Assembly (NCBI GenBank): GCA_050011565.1 | Contig: JBEKIW010000003.1 | Coordinates: 160,001 to 224,000, forward strand | Reading direction: 5' to 3' | Source of the DNA: Dehalococcoidia bacterium | GTDB lineage: Bacteria; Chloroflexota; Dehalococcoidia; GIF9; UBA5629 | DNA: 64,000 nt | Shown: piece after piece, positions 1 through 9,523 of the stretch | Position numbering within the stretch: the first letter of the stretch is position 1 | Layout: the number at the start of each line of letters is the position of its first letter | Position numbers and translations under genes: made by a program | The notes under the pieces: model-generated | The model's input: the letters and a program-made list of their open reading frames with translations, nothing else | Told to the model about the DNA's origin: nothing | Databases searched by the model: none

Positions 1-2
1 GC

Positions 3-479
3 GCGGCAGGTGACGCCATGGAAAATCTAAAGGTAATAGGTATGGCTGATGTGATTCGCCAACTGATTGAAGCCAGACGACCTCTGTTCGCTGTCTGTGT
101 CGGACTGCAACTCCTCTTTTCCGGCACCGAGGAGGGTGGCTGGCATGAATGTTTAAACGTGATTCCCGGTACCGTAAAGAGATTACCTGCGGGCCTCAAG
201 GTTCCTCATATGGGTTGGAATCAAGTCAAGCAGATAGTCGGGCATAAGGTCTTCGATGCTATACCGGATGAAGCTAATTTCTATTTCGTTCACAGCTATT
301 ATGTCGACCCGGAGGATAAGTCGGTTATAGCCGGCACCACAGATTACGGGATATCTCTTAGCAGCGTGATTATCAAAGACAATCTGATAGCGACCCAGTT
401 TCACCCGGAAAAAAGCGGCAACTGGGGTTTAAAGATGTATTCTAATTTTTTGAAAAAGGCACTGGGCCGGGAAGGATGA
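3..479 (+). CDS. hisH: Imidazole glycerol phosphate synthase glutaminase subunit (5' truncated by window)
   Basis: Class I GATase motifs VCVGLQLL, VPHMGWN, YFVHSY, QFHPEKS; frame is open to the window start. Confidence 0.93.
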   Translation, partial: AAGDAMENLKVIGMADVIRQLIEARRPLFAVCVGLQLLFSGTEEGGWHECLNVIPGTVKRLPAGLKVPHMGWNQVKQIVGHKVFDAIPDEANFYFVHSYYVDPEDKSVIAGTTDYGISLSSVIIKDNLIATQFHPEKSGNWGLKMYSNFLKKALGREG

Positions 480-480
480 T

Positions 481-1779
481 ATGGCAACTAAAAAAGCTCT
501 CAGAACTGAATATCTAATCATAGGCAACTCAGCCGGCGGCATCGGAGCTGCTGAAGCAATACGTGAGACTGACAAGAAGAATTCCATAACCATAGTCTCC
601 GATGAACCGTACCCAGCATATTCCCGTCCGCTTATCTCTGAATATCTGGCTTGCGAGCGGACCGTTGAGGAGATGCTTTTCCGTCCTGCTGATTTCTACA
701 AACAAAATAATATCGACCTTATGCCGGGCAAGAGCGTAAAAAGCCTGGACTTGCCCCGACGGCTTGTGGAACTGAACAGTGGCGAAAAAATCTCATGGCA
801 CAAGCTATTACTCTCCACCGGCGGCATACCTATCGTCCCGAAGATGAAGGGAATAAATAAAAAAGGCGTATTTAAGTTCCTGACGCTCGACGATGCCAAG
901 GCAATTGATAAATTCTTGAAGGATTATAGTCGCGCTGTGGTTATAGGCGGTGGTCTTATCGGCGTGAGTGTCAGCGAAGCTCTGACGAAACGCGGTGTGT
1001 CAGTCACCATAATAGAAATGAAAGACAGGGTGTTGAATACCATACTTGATGAACGTGCATCTGCAATAGCCGAAGAAATGCTCACCGAAGCCGGCATCAG
1101 GGTCATTGTCAACAACACGGTTTCGGAAGTTATCGGGGAAAATACTGTCGAGGGCGTCGTCCTGGACAGCGGTGAGACAATACCGTGTGACCTGGTGGTC
1201 ATAGCTATAGGCGTTTTGCCACGGACTGAACTTGTGCAAGGTACTAAAATAAAAGTGAATCGCGGCATTGTAGTTGACCGATACATGGCCACCAGTTTTC
1301 CGGATGTTTACTCCTGCGGAGATGTCGCTGAAGCTTACGATTTCGTTTTGGATACAAACCGGCTGACACCTATCTGGCCAAATGCTTATATCGGCGGCAG
1401 AGTGGCCGGCTGTAACATGACCGGTGTCAAAAAAGAATATCTCGGCGGCACGGCTATGAATTCAATCAACTATTTCGGCCTCGATATAACCACAGCCGGA
1501 ATTGTAAATCCTCCTGACGTCAACAACTACGAGGTCATAACCAGGAACCAGGATGGCGTCTATCAGAAGGTGATGTTAAGCGATGGGCTTATTGTGGGTA
1601 TGGTCTTTGTTAAGGATATTGAGAAGTCGGGTATGATTTTTGGCTTAATGAGAGACAAGGTGAATGTCAGCGACTTTAAGGACGCACTTCTGGCTGACGA
1701 CTTTGGGCTGGCATATCTGCCCCAGGAGCTATTGCGGGAGCGTTTAGGAAATGTGTCTCTGCTGGTGGCTAAACATTAA
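481..1779 (+). CDS. FAD/NAD(P)-dependent pyridine nucleotide-disulfide oxidoreductase, probable electron-input partner of the split glutamate synthase
   Basis: IIGNSAGG and VIGGGLIG dinucleotide motifs, YSCGDVAE; lies among GltB-domain genes. Confidence 0.8.
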   Translation: MATKKALRTEYLIIGNSAGGIGAAEAIRETDKKNSITIVSDEPYPAYSRPLISEYLACERTVEEMLFRPADFYKQNNIDLMPGKSVKSLDLPRRLVELNSGEKISWHKLLLSTGGIPIVPKMKGINKKGVFKFLTLDDAKAIDKFLKDYSRAVVIGGGLIGVSVSEALTKRGVSVTIIEMKDRVLNTILDERASAIAEEMLTEAGIRVIVNNTVSEVIGENTVEGVVLDSGETIPCDLVVIAIGVLPRTELVQGTKIKVNRGIVVDRYMATSFPDVYSCGDVAEAYDFVLDTNRLTPIWPNAYIGGRVAGCNMTGVKKEYLGGTAMNSINYFGLDITTAGIVNPPDVNNYEVITRNQDGVYQKVMLSDGLIVGMVFVKDIEKSGMIFGLMRDKVNVSDFKDALLADDFGLAYLPQELLRERLGNVSLLVAKH

Positions 1780-1795
1780 ATCCTGGAGTATTTAG

Positions 1796-2944
1796 ATGAA
1801 AGATATTATGCAAATTAATAATCCCCACCTTGACGACAAAGTAATCGATGCCTGCTCTATCTTTGGAATGATGGACACCACGGGTAAGTGTTTTTCGGGT
1901 AAGGACATAATTAAGGCCATCGCCAATATGCATGTCCGCGGCAACGGACTTGGCGGCGGTTTTGCCGTTTACGGACTGTACCCGGAATATGCTGACCTGT
2001 ACGCTTTCCACATAATGTATTTAAGCCGCGAAGGGAAGACGGAAACAGAGGAGTTTCTGAAGCAGAAGTTTAATATAGTTCGCGACGGCGTAGTGCCAAC
2101 CCGACCGATAGCAGCTATAACGAATCCGCCTTTAGTCTGGCGTTACTTCGTGGAAGTGAATCGTCGTGAATCCAAGGGGCAGTCGGACGATGATTATGTA
2201 GTAGCCAGGGTCATGGACATCAATACCGATATCAAAGACACGTTTGTCTTCTCCAGCGGAAAAAATATGGGTGTATTTAAAGGCGTGGGTTACCCCGAGG
2301 AGATTGGCGAATACTTCTGCCTGGAAAACTACCAAGGTTATTTGTGGACGGCACATGGCAGGTTCCCAACCAATACCCCCGGTTGGTGGGGTGGCGCACA
2401 TCCGTTTAATATCCTGGACTGGACGGTAGTACACAACGGCGAGATATCATCATACGGGATAAACCGTCGATATTTGGAGCAATTCGGCTACCGTTGCACT
2501 CTTCAGACTGATACCGAGGTGGTAGCTTATGCCGTCGACCTGCTGATAAGGAAACACGGCCTTCCTATTGAGGTGGTAGCCAAGATACTGGCGCCTCCTT
2601 TCTGGAATGATATAGAGCGCCGGCCTGCTGAGGAGCAGGAACTTCTCCGAGCCTTGCGTCAAGTATATGGCAGCCTTCTCTTAAATGGGCCGTTCACCAT
2701 AATCATTGCTCATCAGGGTGAAATGATCGGGCTTACCGATAGGATAAGGTTGCGCCCCCTAACCGCTGGAATAAAAGACCAGATACTTTATCTGTCTTCG
2801 GAGGAATCGGCGATCCGCCTGATTTGCCCCGAATTAGATGAAGCCTGGATACCGGTAGGCGGCGAACCGATAGTTGGTAGCCTGGACAAACCACTTCGAC
2901 GACAGAGCATTTCAGTGACAGAAAAGATGGCGGGAGCCAAATAG
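1796..2944 (+). CDS. Glutamate synthase GATase-II (Ntn) domain subunit (GltB1/GlxB-like)
   Basis: DA|CSIFG N-terminal nucleophile after a propeptide, [26 protein letters not shown]. Confidence 0.88.
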   Translation: MKDIMQINNPHLDDKVIDACSIFGMMDTTGKCFSGKDIIKAIANMHVRGNGLGGGFAVYGLYPEYADLYAFHIMYLSREGKTETEEFLKQKFNIVRDGVVPTRPIAAITNPPLVWRYFVEVNRRESKGQSDDDYVVARVMDINTDIKDTFVFSSGKNMGVFKGVGYPEEIGEYFCLENYQGYLWTAHGRFPTNTPGWWGGAHPFNILDWTVVHNGEISSYGINRRYLEQFGYRCTLQTDTEVVAYAVDLLIRKHGLPIEVVAKILAPPFWNDIERRPAEEQELLRALRQVYGSLLLNGPFTIIIAHQGEMIGLTDRIRLRPLTAGIKDQILYLSSEESAIRLICPELDEAWIPVGGEPIVGSLDKPLRRQSISVTEKMAGAK

Positions 2945-2969
2945 AATTGTTAAAAAGGGGTTTAAGCTG

Positions 2970-3743
2970 ATGTTGACTAAGAGGATTATACCCTGTCTCG
3001 ATGTAACTCAAGGGCGAGTGGTAAAGGGCACGAGCTTTACCGACCTCCGCGATGCCGGTGACCCCGTTGAGCTTGCCGCATTTTATTATCAGGAAGGCGC
3101 CGATGAGCTGGTCTTTTTAGATATCGGCGCTACGCCTGAGGGGCGCGATACCATGGTGGATATAGTTGAACGCGTATCAAAACAGGTCTTTATTCCGCTT
3201 ACCGTCGGTGGCGGGCTGCGAAGCATCGAGGATATTAGACGTATGCTCAAGGCGGGTGCTGACAAAATAAGCATAAACACGGCTGCCGTCCTTAATCCCG
3301 AGCTTATTAAAGAGGGTGCACTTAAGTTTGGCTCTCAATGTATCGTTATCGCTATTGATGCCAAGCGGAACAATGGGAGCGGTGAATTTAAATGGGAGAT
3401 ATGCACTCACGGCGGACAGAGGCCGACGGGCATCGATGCCATTGCCTGGGCGAAGAAAGCCGCTGGACTTGGGGCCGGCGAGGTTCTACTTACCAGTTGG
3501 GATGCCGATGGTCAACGTACAGGTTATGATTTGGAGTTGACTCGTACTATCGGAGATGCAGTGACGATACCGATTATCGCCAGTGGTGGCGCCGGAAATC
3601 TGGAGCATCTGTATGAGGCACTTGTGCTGGGCAAGGCTGATGCTGTTCTTGCCGCCAGCATCTTTCACTACCGGACTTATTCCATACGCCAAGCCAAAGC
3701 TTATCTGGGAGAAAGAGGTATCCCGGTAAGAACTGAACAATAA
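2970..3743 (+). CDS. hisF: Imidazole glycerol phosphate synthase cyclase subunit
   Basis: [39 protein letters not shown]. Confidence 0.96.
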   Translation: MLTKRIIPCLDVTQGRVVKGTSFTDLRDAGDPVELAAFYYQEGADELVFLDIGATPEGRDTMVDIVERVSKQVFIPLTVGGGLRSIEDIRRMLKAGADKISINTAAVLNPELIKEGALKFGSQCIVIAIDAKRNNGSGEFKWEICTHGGQRPTGIDAIAWAKKAAGLGAGEVLLTSWDADGQRTGYDLELTRTIGDAVTIPIIASGGAGNLEHLYEALVLGKADAVLAASIFHYRTYSIRQAKAYLGERGIPVRTEQ

Positions 3744-3757
3744 CAGGGAGAACATAG

Positions 3758-5263
3758 ATGAAGACTTATTTACCGCCAAAGTTTTTAATAGAAAGGGACC
3801 AGGCACGGTGTATCCAGTGCCAGGTTTGTTGCAATCAATGCAGCTTTGATGTGCACTACTACGATGCCGAGGACGTCGAGGTAAGAAGCCGTGAGGAAAA
3901 CTGCGTTGGCTGCCATCGCTGCACGGTATTTTGCCCGACGAATGCCGTCAATATTCGAAGAAACCCGCTCGAATACAGGGAAAACTATAACTGGCGTCCT
4001 GAGGTAATCGAAGACATTATCAAACAGGCTGAGACCGGCGGCGTGTTACTTACCGGCATGGGCAATGATAAAAGCCAGCGCATTTACTGGGACCATCTGG
4101 TTTTGAACGCCAGCCAGGTGACAAACCCTTCAATTGACCCTCTCCGGGAGCCTATGGAGCTAACCACCTATCTGGGTCGTAAACCGGATATCGTTGAAAT
4201 AGACCTGAGTTCCATGCGCTTGAAGACAAAAATGGCGCCTCAAGTAAGAATCGATATCCCGGTGATGTTCACAGCCATGTCCTATGGTGCGGTAAGCATC
4301 AATGTCCAGGAGTCTTTGGCTCGAGCGGCTACCGAGGCTGGTACTTTGTGGAATACCGGTGAAGGCGGCCTTCATCCCAGGCTATACAAGTACGGTAATA
4401 ACACCATCGTCCAGGTAGCTTCGGGAAGGTTCGGAGTACATCAGGAATATCTGGATGCTGCCAGAGTAATTGAAATCAAGATCGGGCAGGGAGCCAAGCC
4501 CGGCATCGGCGGACATCTCCCCGGAGAAAAAGTCAGCGCCGATGTATCCAAGACCAGAATGATTCCCCAGGGAACGGACGCCCTGTCACCGGCACCGCAG
4601 CATGATATCTACTCCATAGAGGACCTGGCTCAGCTGGTCTATGCTTTGAAGGAAGCTACCAACTATACCAAGCCGGTATCGGTGAAAATAGCTGCCGTCC
4701 ATAATTCGGCAGCTATCGCCAGCGGCATGGTCAGAGCCGGAGCCGACATTATAGTCCTTGATGGGCTGCGAGGTTCTACCGGGGCTGCTCCCAAAATCAT
4801 TCGCGACAATGTTGGTATTCCCATCGAGATGGCACTGGCCTCACTGGATACACGATTGAGGCAAGAAGGCATTCGAAATCAAGCATCAGTGGTCATTGCC
4901 GGCGGCATCAGGAATAGCGGTGACGTGGCTAAAGCCATAGCCCTCGGCGCCGACGCTGTTTATATCGGCACGGCGGCTCTAATGGCTCTCGGTTGTACCT
5001 GTTGCCAGCAGTGCCATACCGGCAAATGTGCCTGGGGAATTTGCACCAGCGACCTGGCGCTAACCAAGAGAATCAATCCGGACATTGGCGCTAGACGTCT
5101 GGCAAACCTTCTCCGCGGCTGGAGCATCGAGCTGAAGGACATACTCGGCGGCATGGGCATTAATGCCATAGAAAGCCTGCGGGGTAACAGGCTGGCATTG
5201 AGAGGTATTGGGCTCAGCGATACCGAGCTGGATATCTTAGGTGTAAGGATGGCAGGAGGCTAA
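3758..5263 (+). CDS. Glutamate synthase FMN-binding subunit with N-terminal 2x[4Fe-4S] ferredoxin domain (GltB2)
   Basis: Two CxxCxxC motifs, AMSYGA, NTGEGG, IEIKIGQGAKPGIGGHLPGEKV, CxxCxxCHTGKC. Confidence 0.92.
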   Translation: MKTYLPPKFLIERDQARCIQCQVCCNQCSFDVHYYDAEDVEVRSREENCVGCHRCTVFCPTNAVNIRRNPLEYRENYNWRPEVIEDIIKQAETGGVLLTGMGNDKSQRIYWDHLVLNASQVTNPSIDPLREPMELTTYLGRKPDIVEIDLSSMRLKTKMAPQVRIDIPVMFTAMSYGAVSINVQESLARAATEAGTLWNTGEGGLHPRLYKYGNNTIVQVASGRFGVHQEYLDAARVIEIKIGQGAKPGIGGHLPGEKVSADVSKTRMIPQGTDALSPAPQHDIYSIEDLAQLVYALKEATNYTKPVSVKIAAVHNSAAIASGMVRAGADIIVLDGLRGSTGAAPKIIRDNVGIPIEMALASLDTRLRQEGIRNQASVVIAGGIRNSGDVAKAIALGADAVYIGTAALMALGCTCCQQCHTGKCAWGICTSDLALTKRINPDIGARRLANLLRGWSIELKDILGGMGINAIESLRGNRLALRGIGLSDTELDILGVRMAGG

Positions 5264-5264
5264 A

Positions 5265-6038
5265 ATGGTAAAAACCAACGCCAGAAGAAAGAGCAACTCG
5301 GTCGTAGAAATCGACGCCCAGGACCTGCTAACGCGTGAGCTTAACATCCAGCTTAGAGAAGCAGCATCCAACGGAGCTCAGCGAATTGAGCTTCGCAATG
5401 TTTACGGGCAAAGATACATCGGCACCGATTTGAACAAGCCCGTGGAAATCGAGATATTCGGCACTCCGGGCAACGACCTGGGAGCATTTATGGATGGACC
5501 AAAAATTACAGTTCGTGGCAATGCCCAGGATGGCTGCGGAAACACCATGAATAACGGCGAAATAATAGTTCACGGTCACGCCGGCGATATTATTGGCCTA
5601 TCGGCTCGTGGAGGAAAGATATTTGTCAAAGAGGGCGTGGGCTACCGTGCCGGCATACACATGAAGGAATACGGAGACAAAAAGCCCGTCCTGGTTATAG
5701 GTGACACAGCCCAGGACTTCCTGGGCGAATATATGGCAGGGGGAATATTAATATTACTCGGCCTAAATTTGAAGCCGGGGGAGAACCACCGGGCAAATTA
5801 CATTGGGACCGGCATGCATGGCGGCGTTATATATCTCAGTGGAACTGTCAGCGACTTCCAACTGGGCAAGGAAATAGGCGTGTCTGAACTCGATGAGAAG
5901 GATTTTCTAAACTTAGAAAAATATGTGGGTGAGTTCGCCTCTCACTTCGGCTACGACACTCGAGAAATATTAAAACATAAGTTCATGAAGCTATTTCCAC
6001 TTTATCTCAGACCTTATGGCAGGCTCTACGCCTACTAA
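5265..6038 (+). CDS. Glutamate synthase GXGXG-domain subunit (GltB3)
   Basis: GQRYIG, GNDLGAFM, DFLGEYMAGG, GTGMHGG. Confidence 0.9.
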   Translation: MVKTNARRKSNSVVEIDAQDLLTRELNIQLREAASNGAQRIELRNVYGQRYIGTDLNKPVEIEIFGTPGNDLGAFMDGPKITVRGNAQDGCGNTMNNGEIIVHGHAGDIIGLSARGGKIFVKEGVGYRAGIHMKEYGDKKPVLVIGDTAQDFLGEYMAGGILILLGLNLKPGENHRANYIGTGMHGGVIYLSGTVSDFQLGKEIGVSELDEKDFLNLEKYVGEFASHFGYDTREILKHKFMKLFPLYLRPYGRLYAY

Positions 6039-6051
6039 GGGAGGCTCGAAG

Positions 6052-7053
6052 ATGATAGGACAAGAAACTCGTGATGTAGAGAGAAAGATAACAGCCATTC
6101 TGAAAGTTCTCAGCGATTCGGCAGACCCGTTGGGCGGCAGGGTTATTTCACGTCGCCTTAAGGAGCAAGGGGTGGACCTCAACGAGAGAACAGTACGCTA
6201 TCATCTCAAAATAATGGATGAGCGAGGTCTAACCCGCTCAATCGGCCAGAGGGACGGCAGGAGAATAACCGAACCGGGACTTGAGGAGTTGAAGAGCGCT
6301 CTGGTCTGTGACAAGGTAGGTTTTGTAACCAGCAGGATTGAGCTGCTGTCTTATCTAACGACATTTGATTTGGAGGAATTTACCGGCGACATTCCAATCG
6401 ACGTATCCTTGTTCCCCAAAGAGCAGTTTGCTCAAGCCTGGGAGATAATGAAAGATGTCTTCGCCTCAGGGTTCTGCACCAGCAATTTAGTTGCCGTCGC
6501 TTCCGATGGCGAAAGGTTGGGAGACACAATTATACCGCAAGGCAAAATAGGTTTGGCTACAGTATGCAGTGCGGCCATCAGCGGTGCCTTGCTCAAAGCC
6601 GGTATCCCCATAGATTCCAGATTTGGCGGCATACTCCAAATACGAAATCACGAGCCGGCTCGCTTTGTCGAACTGATAGAATATAGTGGCTGCACTGTCG
6701 ACCCCTTCCAGATTTTCATTGCCGGCAGAATGACCAATGTTGTTGAAGCGGCCAAAAAAGGCGAGGGGAAGGTGCTTGCCAGCTTCCACGAAGTTCCTAT
6801 GCCTTCAAGGTCAGCGACTGAAGTCGTTCTTAATAAGCTTAAAGTACTCAATCTCTGCCATCTAGTGGTAATGGGCAAGGCCAGCGAGCCAATATGTGAA
6901 GTCCCCACAAGGTTAAACAAGATTGGATTGACGCTTCCCAGCGGGCTTAATGCTGTAGCCGCTGCCGCAGAAAAAGGAATTGACGTGACCTGCAGGGCAA
7001 TGAACGGCCTCATAGATATCGGCAAACTAAGAAGTTTCCGGACCTGTAATTGA
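6052..7053 (+). CDS. nrpR: NrpR-family nitrogen regulator (wHTH + NRD/DUF128), copy 1
   Basis: ERTVRYHL wHTH, GLATVCS, SRFGGIL; ATG 6052 follows AAGGGAGG. Confidence 0.85.
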   Translation: MIGQETRDVERKITAILKVLSDSADPLGGRVISRRLKEQGVDLNERTVRYHLKIMDERGLTRSIGQRDGRRITEPGLEELKSALVCDKVGFVTSRIELLSYLTTFDLEEFTGDIPIDVSLFPKEQFAQAWEIMKDVFASGFCTSNLVAVASDGERLGDTIIPQGKIGLATVCSAAISGALLKAGIPIDSRFGGILQIRNHEPARFVELIEYSGCTVDPFQIFIAGRMTNVVEAAKKGEGKVLASFHEVPMPSRSATEVVLNKLKVLNLCHLVVMGKASEPICEVPTRLNKIGLTLPSGLNAVAAAAEKGIDVTCRAMNGLIDIGKLRSFRTCN

Positions 7054-7077
7054 CAGTCAAATTGTTAGAGGTCTGTC

Positions 7078-7755
7078 TTGAAGAGAATATTGATAGTCGC
7101 CAGCAATGCTGTGGGAGCCAGGGAGTTGGATTCAGGGCTTACACAGATGGGCTTTGCCTGCCTGACTGTGAACAACGCCGACATAGCAATGGATACGGTC
7201 AGGAAGGAAACCCTTGATATGGTGCTTGTTGACGCTGATGGTTTATCAACCTCGTCCTGGTCCAGCCTAAAAACGAAACAGCTCCCAAAAATCAAATCGG
7301 CCGTTCATCTACCTGTCATTGTTCTTATGCCTACGGGAATTCTCGATGGCGTTGATTCTGACTTCCAGCTAGATGATTTCATCGTTAGGCCATTCAACCT
7401 GTCTGAGTTAGTAGTTCGAATAAGGCGAATCCTCAACCGGACAAACAACGATGGCAATCAAGATTCCGTCAGGGGTGGCGATTTGATGATAGATGTTGCC
7501 AAATGTGAGGTATCGGTTAACGGCAGGCTTGTTGTCTTGACATTCAAGGAATATGAGCTGTTAAAGTTTCTGATGCGCCACAAAGGCAAGGTATTTACTC
7601 GAGAGGCTCTGCTTAATGAGGTCTGGGGCTATGATTACTACGGTGGTGATAGAACTGTTGATGTTCACATAAGAAGGTTGAGAAGCAAGATAGAGGACGC
7701 CAATCATACTTTCATCGATACAGTCAGAAACATAGGCTACAAGTTCAGTGATTAG
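7078..7755 (+). CDS. OmpR-family orphan response regulator with atypical receiver, GlnR-like
   Basis: C-terminal LTFKEYELLKFL...VWGYDYYGGDRTVDVHIRRLRSKI; receiver lacks the acidic pair and has R in place of the conserved K. Confidence 0.8.
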   Translation: MKRILIVASNAVGARELDSGLTQMGFACLTVNNADIAMDTVRKETLDMVLVDADGLSTSSWSSLKTKQLPKIKSAVHLPVIVLMPTGILDGVDSDFQLDDFIVRPFNLSELVVRIRRILNRTNNDGNQDSVRGGDLMIDVAKCEVSVNGRLVVLTFKEYELLKFLMRHKGKVFTREALLNEVWGYDYYGGDRTVDVHIRRLRSKIEDANHTFIDTVRNIGYKFSD

Positions 7756-7837
7756 GCGGTAAAAACATCACCTCAGCCTACTTCCATTTCGACTAATCCT
7801 TTTCACACATTGCTGAATAGGCAATGTCCATCAATTT

Positions 7838-7891
7838 GTAACACGATTTTAACATCTTTGCAATACCTCCGAAATATTTAGCTGGTACTCT
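7838..7891 (+). promoter_or_regulatory. GlnR-box-like operator (four pentamers, 11-bp period) plus extended -10 upstream of amt1
   Basis: GTAAC-n6-TTAAC-n6-GCAAT-n6-GAAAT, then TGnTACTCT; identical geometry upstream of amt2. Confidence 0.7.
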
Positions 7892-7940
7892 TATATCCAG
7901 GTTCGGCAACCAGCATATAAAAATTTTTGGAGGTTCTAAA

Positions 7941-9173
7941 ATGTCTATCAATTCCGGCGACACAGCCTGGCTGTTGATATCTACAGCAATGGTTATACTG
8001 ATGACACCCGCCCTGGCTTTTTTCTACGGCGGTATGGTGCGAAGGAAGAACATCCTTTCAACCATAATGATGAGCTTCGCCATCCTTGCCCTGGTTTCCA
8101 TCCTCTGGGTTGTATATGGCTACAGTATAAGCTTTGGCCCAGACAGAGGCGGCATTATCGGAGCACTCGACTGGATTGGACTTACGGGTGTGGGGCAGGC
8201 TCCATCATCAGTATATGCCACCACCGTGCCCCATCTGGCATTTATGATTTTTCAAGCTGCATTCGCCATCATCACCGTAGCTCTCTGGACTGGAGCCGTG
8301 GTTGAGCGCATCAAGTTCAGCACACTTCTGGTTTTTGCTGCCTTATGGCTAACCCTAGTCTATTGTCCGGTGGCTCACTGGGTATGGGGCAGCGGCGGCT
8401 GGCTGGCCAGATTAGGTGCTCTCGATTTTGCCGGCGGTACTGTAGTCCACGTGAATGCCGGAATATCTGCCTTAGCCTTAGCTCTGGTACTCGGCCCACG
8501 CTTGGGATTTAAAGAGAAGGAGACAATGGAGCCAAATAATATACCTTATGTTGTTCTTGGCGCCGCTCTTCTCTGGTTTGGCTGGTTCGGCTTCAATGCT
8601 GGAAGTGCGCTCACTGCGGGTGGGCTAGCATCCAGCGCCTTCGTTTCTACCAATACTGCGGCGGCTTCTGCTGCTTTCACCTGGATGATACTTGGCTGGA
8701 TTAATCGCAGACCATCGGTACTTGGCGCAGCCACAGGCGCCGTGGTTGGTCTGGTAGCAATTACGCCGGCTGCCGGCTTTGTCCAGCCCTGGGCCGGCAT
8801 ACCTATAGGGGCTATAGCTGCAATGCTCTCCTACTATGTCATGATCTGGCGGAATAAGGCAAACAAGATAGACGAATCGCTGGATGTCTTCGCCTGCCAC
8901 GGTGTTGGTGGGGCATGGGGTGCTTTAGCTACCGGCATTTTCGCTACGGCTGCCGTCAATTCGGCAGGTTCCGGCTTAGTAGATGGGAATGGCAAACAAA
9001 TTCTAATTCAGTTAGCTGCTATCGTTACCGTTATGATCTACGCCTTTGGCGTTTCCTGGGTGCTGGCGAAAATTCTGGATGCTACCATGGGGCTTCGTGT
9101 CCAGCAAGAGGAAGAGGTAGTCGGACTCGATATATCCCAGCATGGAGAGCGAGCTTATGGAGGTCTAGCCTGA
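7941..9173 (+). CDS. amtB: Ammonium transporter Amt, copy 1
   Basis: FYGGMVRRKN, DFAGGTVVH, LWFGWFGFNAGS, DVFACHGVGG. Confidence 0.96.
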   Translation: MSINSGDTAWLLISTAMVILMTPALAFFYGGMVRRKNILSTIMMSFAILALVSILWVVYGYSISFGPDRGGIIGALDWIGLTGVGQAPSSVYATTVPHLAFMIFQAAFAIITVALWTGAVVERIKFSTLLVFAALWLTLVYCPVAHWVWGSGGWLARLGALDFAGGTVVHVNAGISALALALVLGPRLGFKEKETMEPNNIPYVVLGAALLWFGWFGFNAGSALTAGGLASSAFVSTNTAAASAAFTWMILGWINRRPSVLGAATGAVVGLVAITPAAGFVQPWAGIPIGAIAAMLSYYVMIWRNKANKIDESLDVFACHGVGGAWGALATGIFATAAVNSAGSGLVDGNGKQILIQLAAIVTVMIYAFGVSWVLAKILDATMGLRVQQEEEVVGLDISQHGERAYGGLA

Positions 9174-9240
9174 TTAGAAAAATCCTGGAAGCTTGTTGGA
9201 CCACTAGCCCGGAGCACGAACTTTTATATTGTTGCCATTC

Positions 9241-9294
9241 GTAACATAGATTTAACAAAGTCGTAATATCGTTGAAACATTCGGCTAGTATCAT
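9241..9294 (+). promoter_or_regulatory. GlnR-box-like operator plus -10 upstream of the amt2-glnK-glnA operon
   Basis: GTAAC-n6-TTAAC-n6-GTAAT-n6-GAAAC, then TATCAT 15 nt after the start of the last pentamer. Confidence 0.72.
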
Positions 9295-9313
9295 TGTCTA
9301 CAGAGGTGAGCTA

Positions 9314-9511
9314 ATGTACAGGGACCTGGCTCAAATGTCTAAAGCTAAAGGTATTTATCGAACTCTGGCACTGCTGGCTATTCTCTCGCCGAAACCAATC
9401 AGGCATGAAACCAGTAAGTATTCGCCGAGAAAGGATAGCCATAAGACAGATGAACAGGTCAATATTAGCGATGCTGGTGTGAAAAAAGAATGTACGGTCT
9501 CACCTAGATAG
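9314..9511 (+). CDS. Putative 65-aa small protein leading the amt2 operon
   Basis: GAGGTG Shine-Dalgarno before ATG 9314; stop abuts the amt2 RBS; no recognisable family. Confidence 0.4.
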   Translation: MYRDLAQMSKAKGIYRTLALLAILSPKPIRHETSKYSPRKDSHKTDEQVNISDAGVKKECTVSPR

Positions 9512-9523
9512 GAGAGGATACAG

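Noticed and set aside
9272-9313. 5' extension of the 79-aa ORF in the track
   Set aside because: It overlaps the GlnR-like box and -10 element; the ATG at 9314 has the RBS.
7760-9520. Methanococcus-type NrpR operator GGAA-N6-TTCC at the amt promoters
   Set aside because: No convincing match found by eye.
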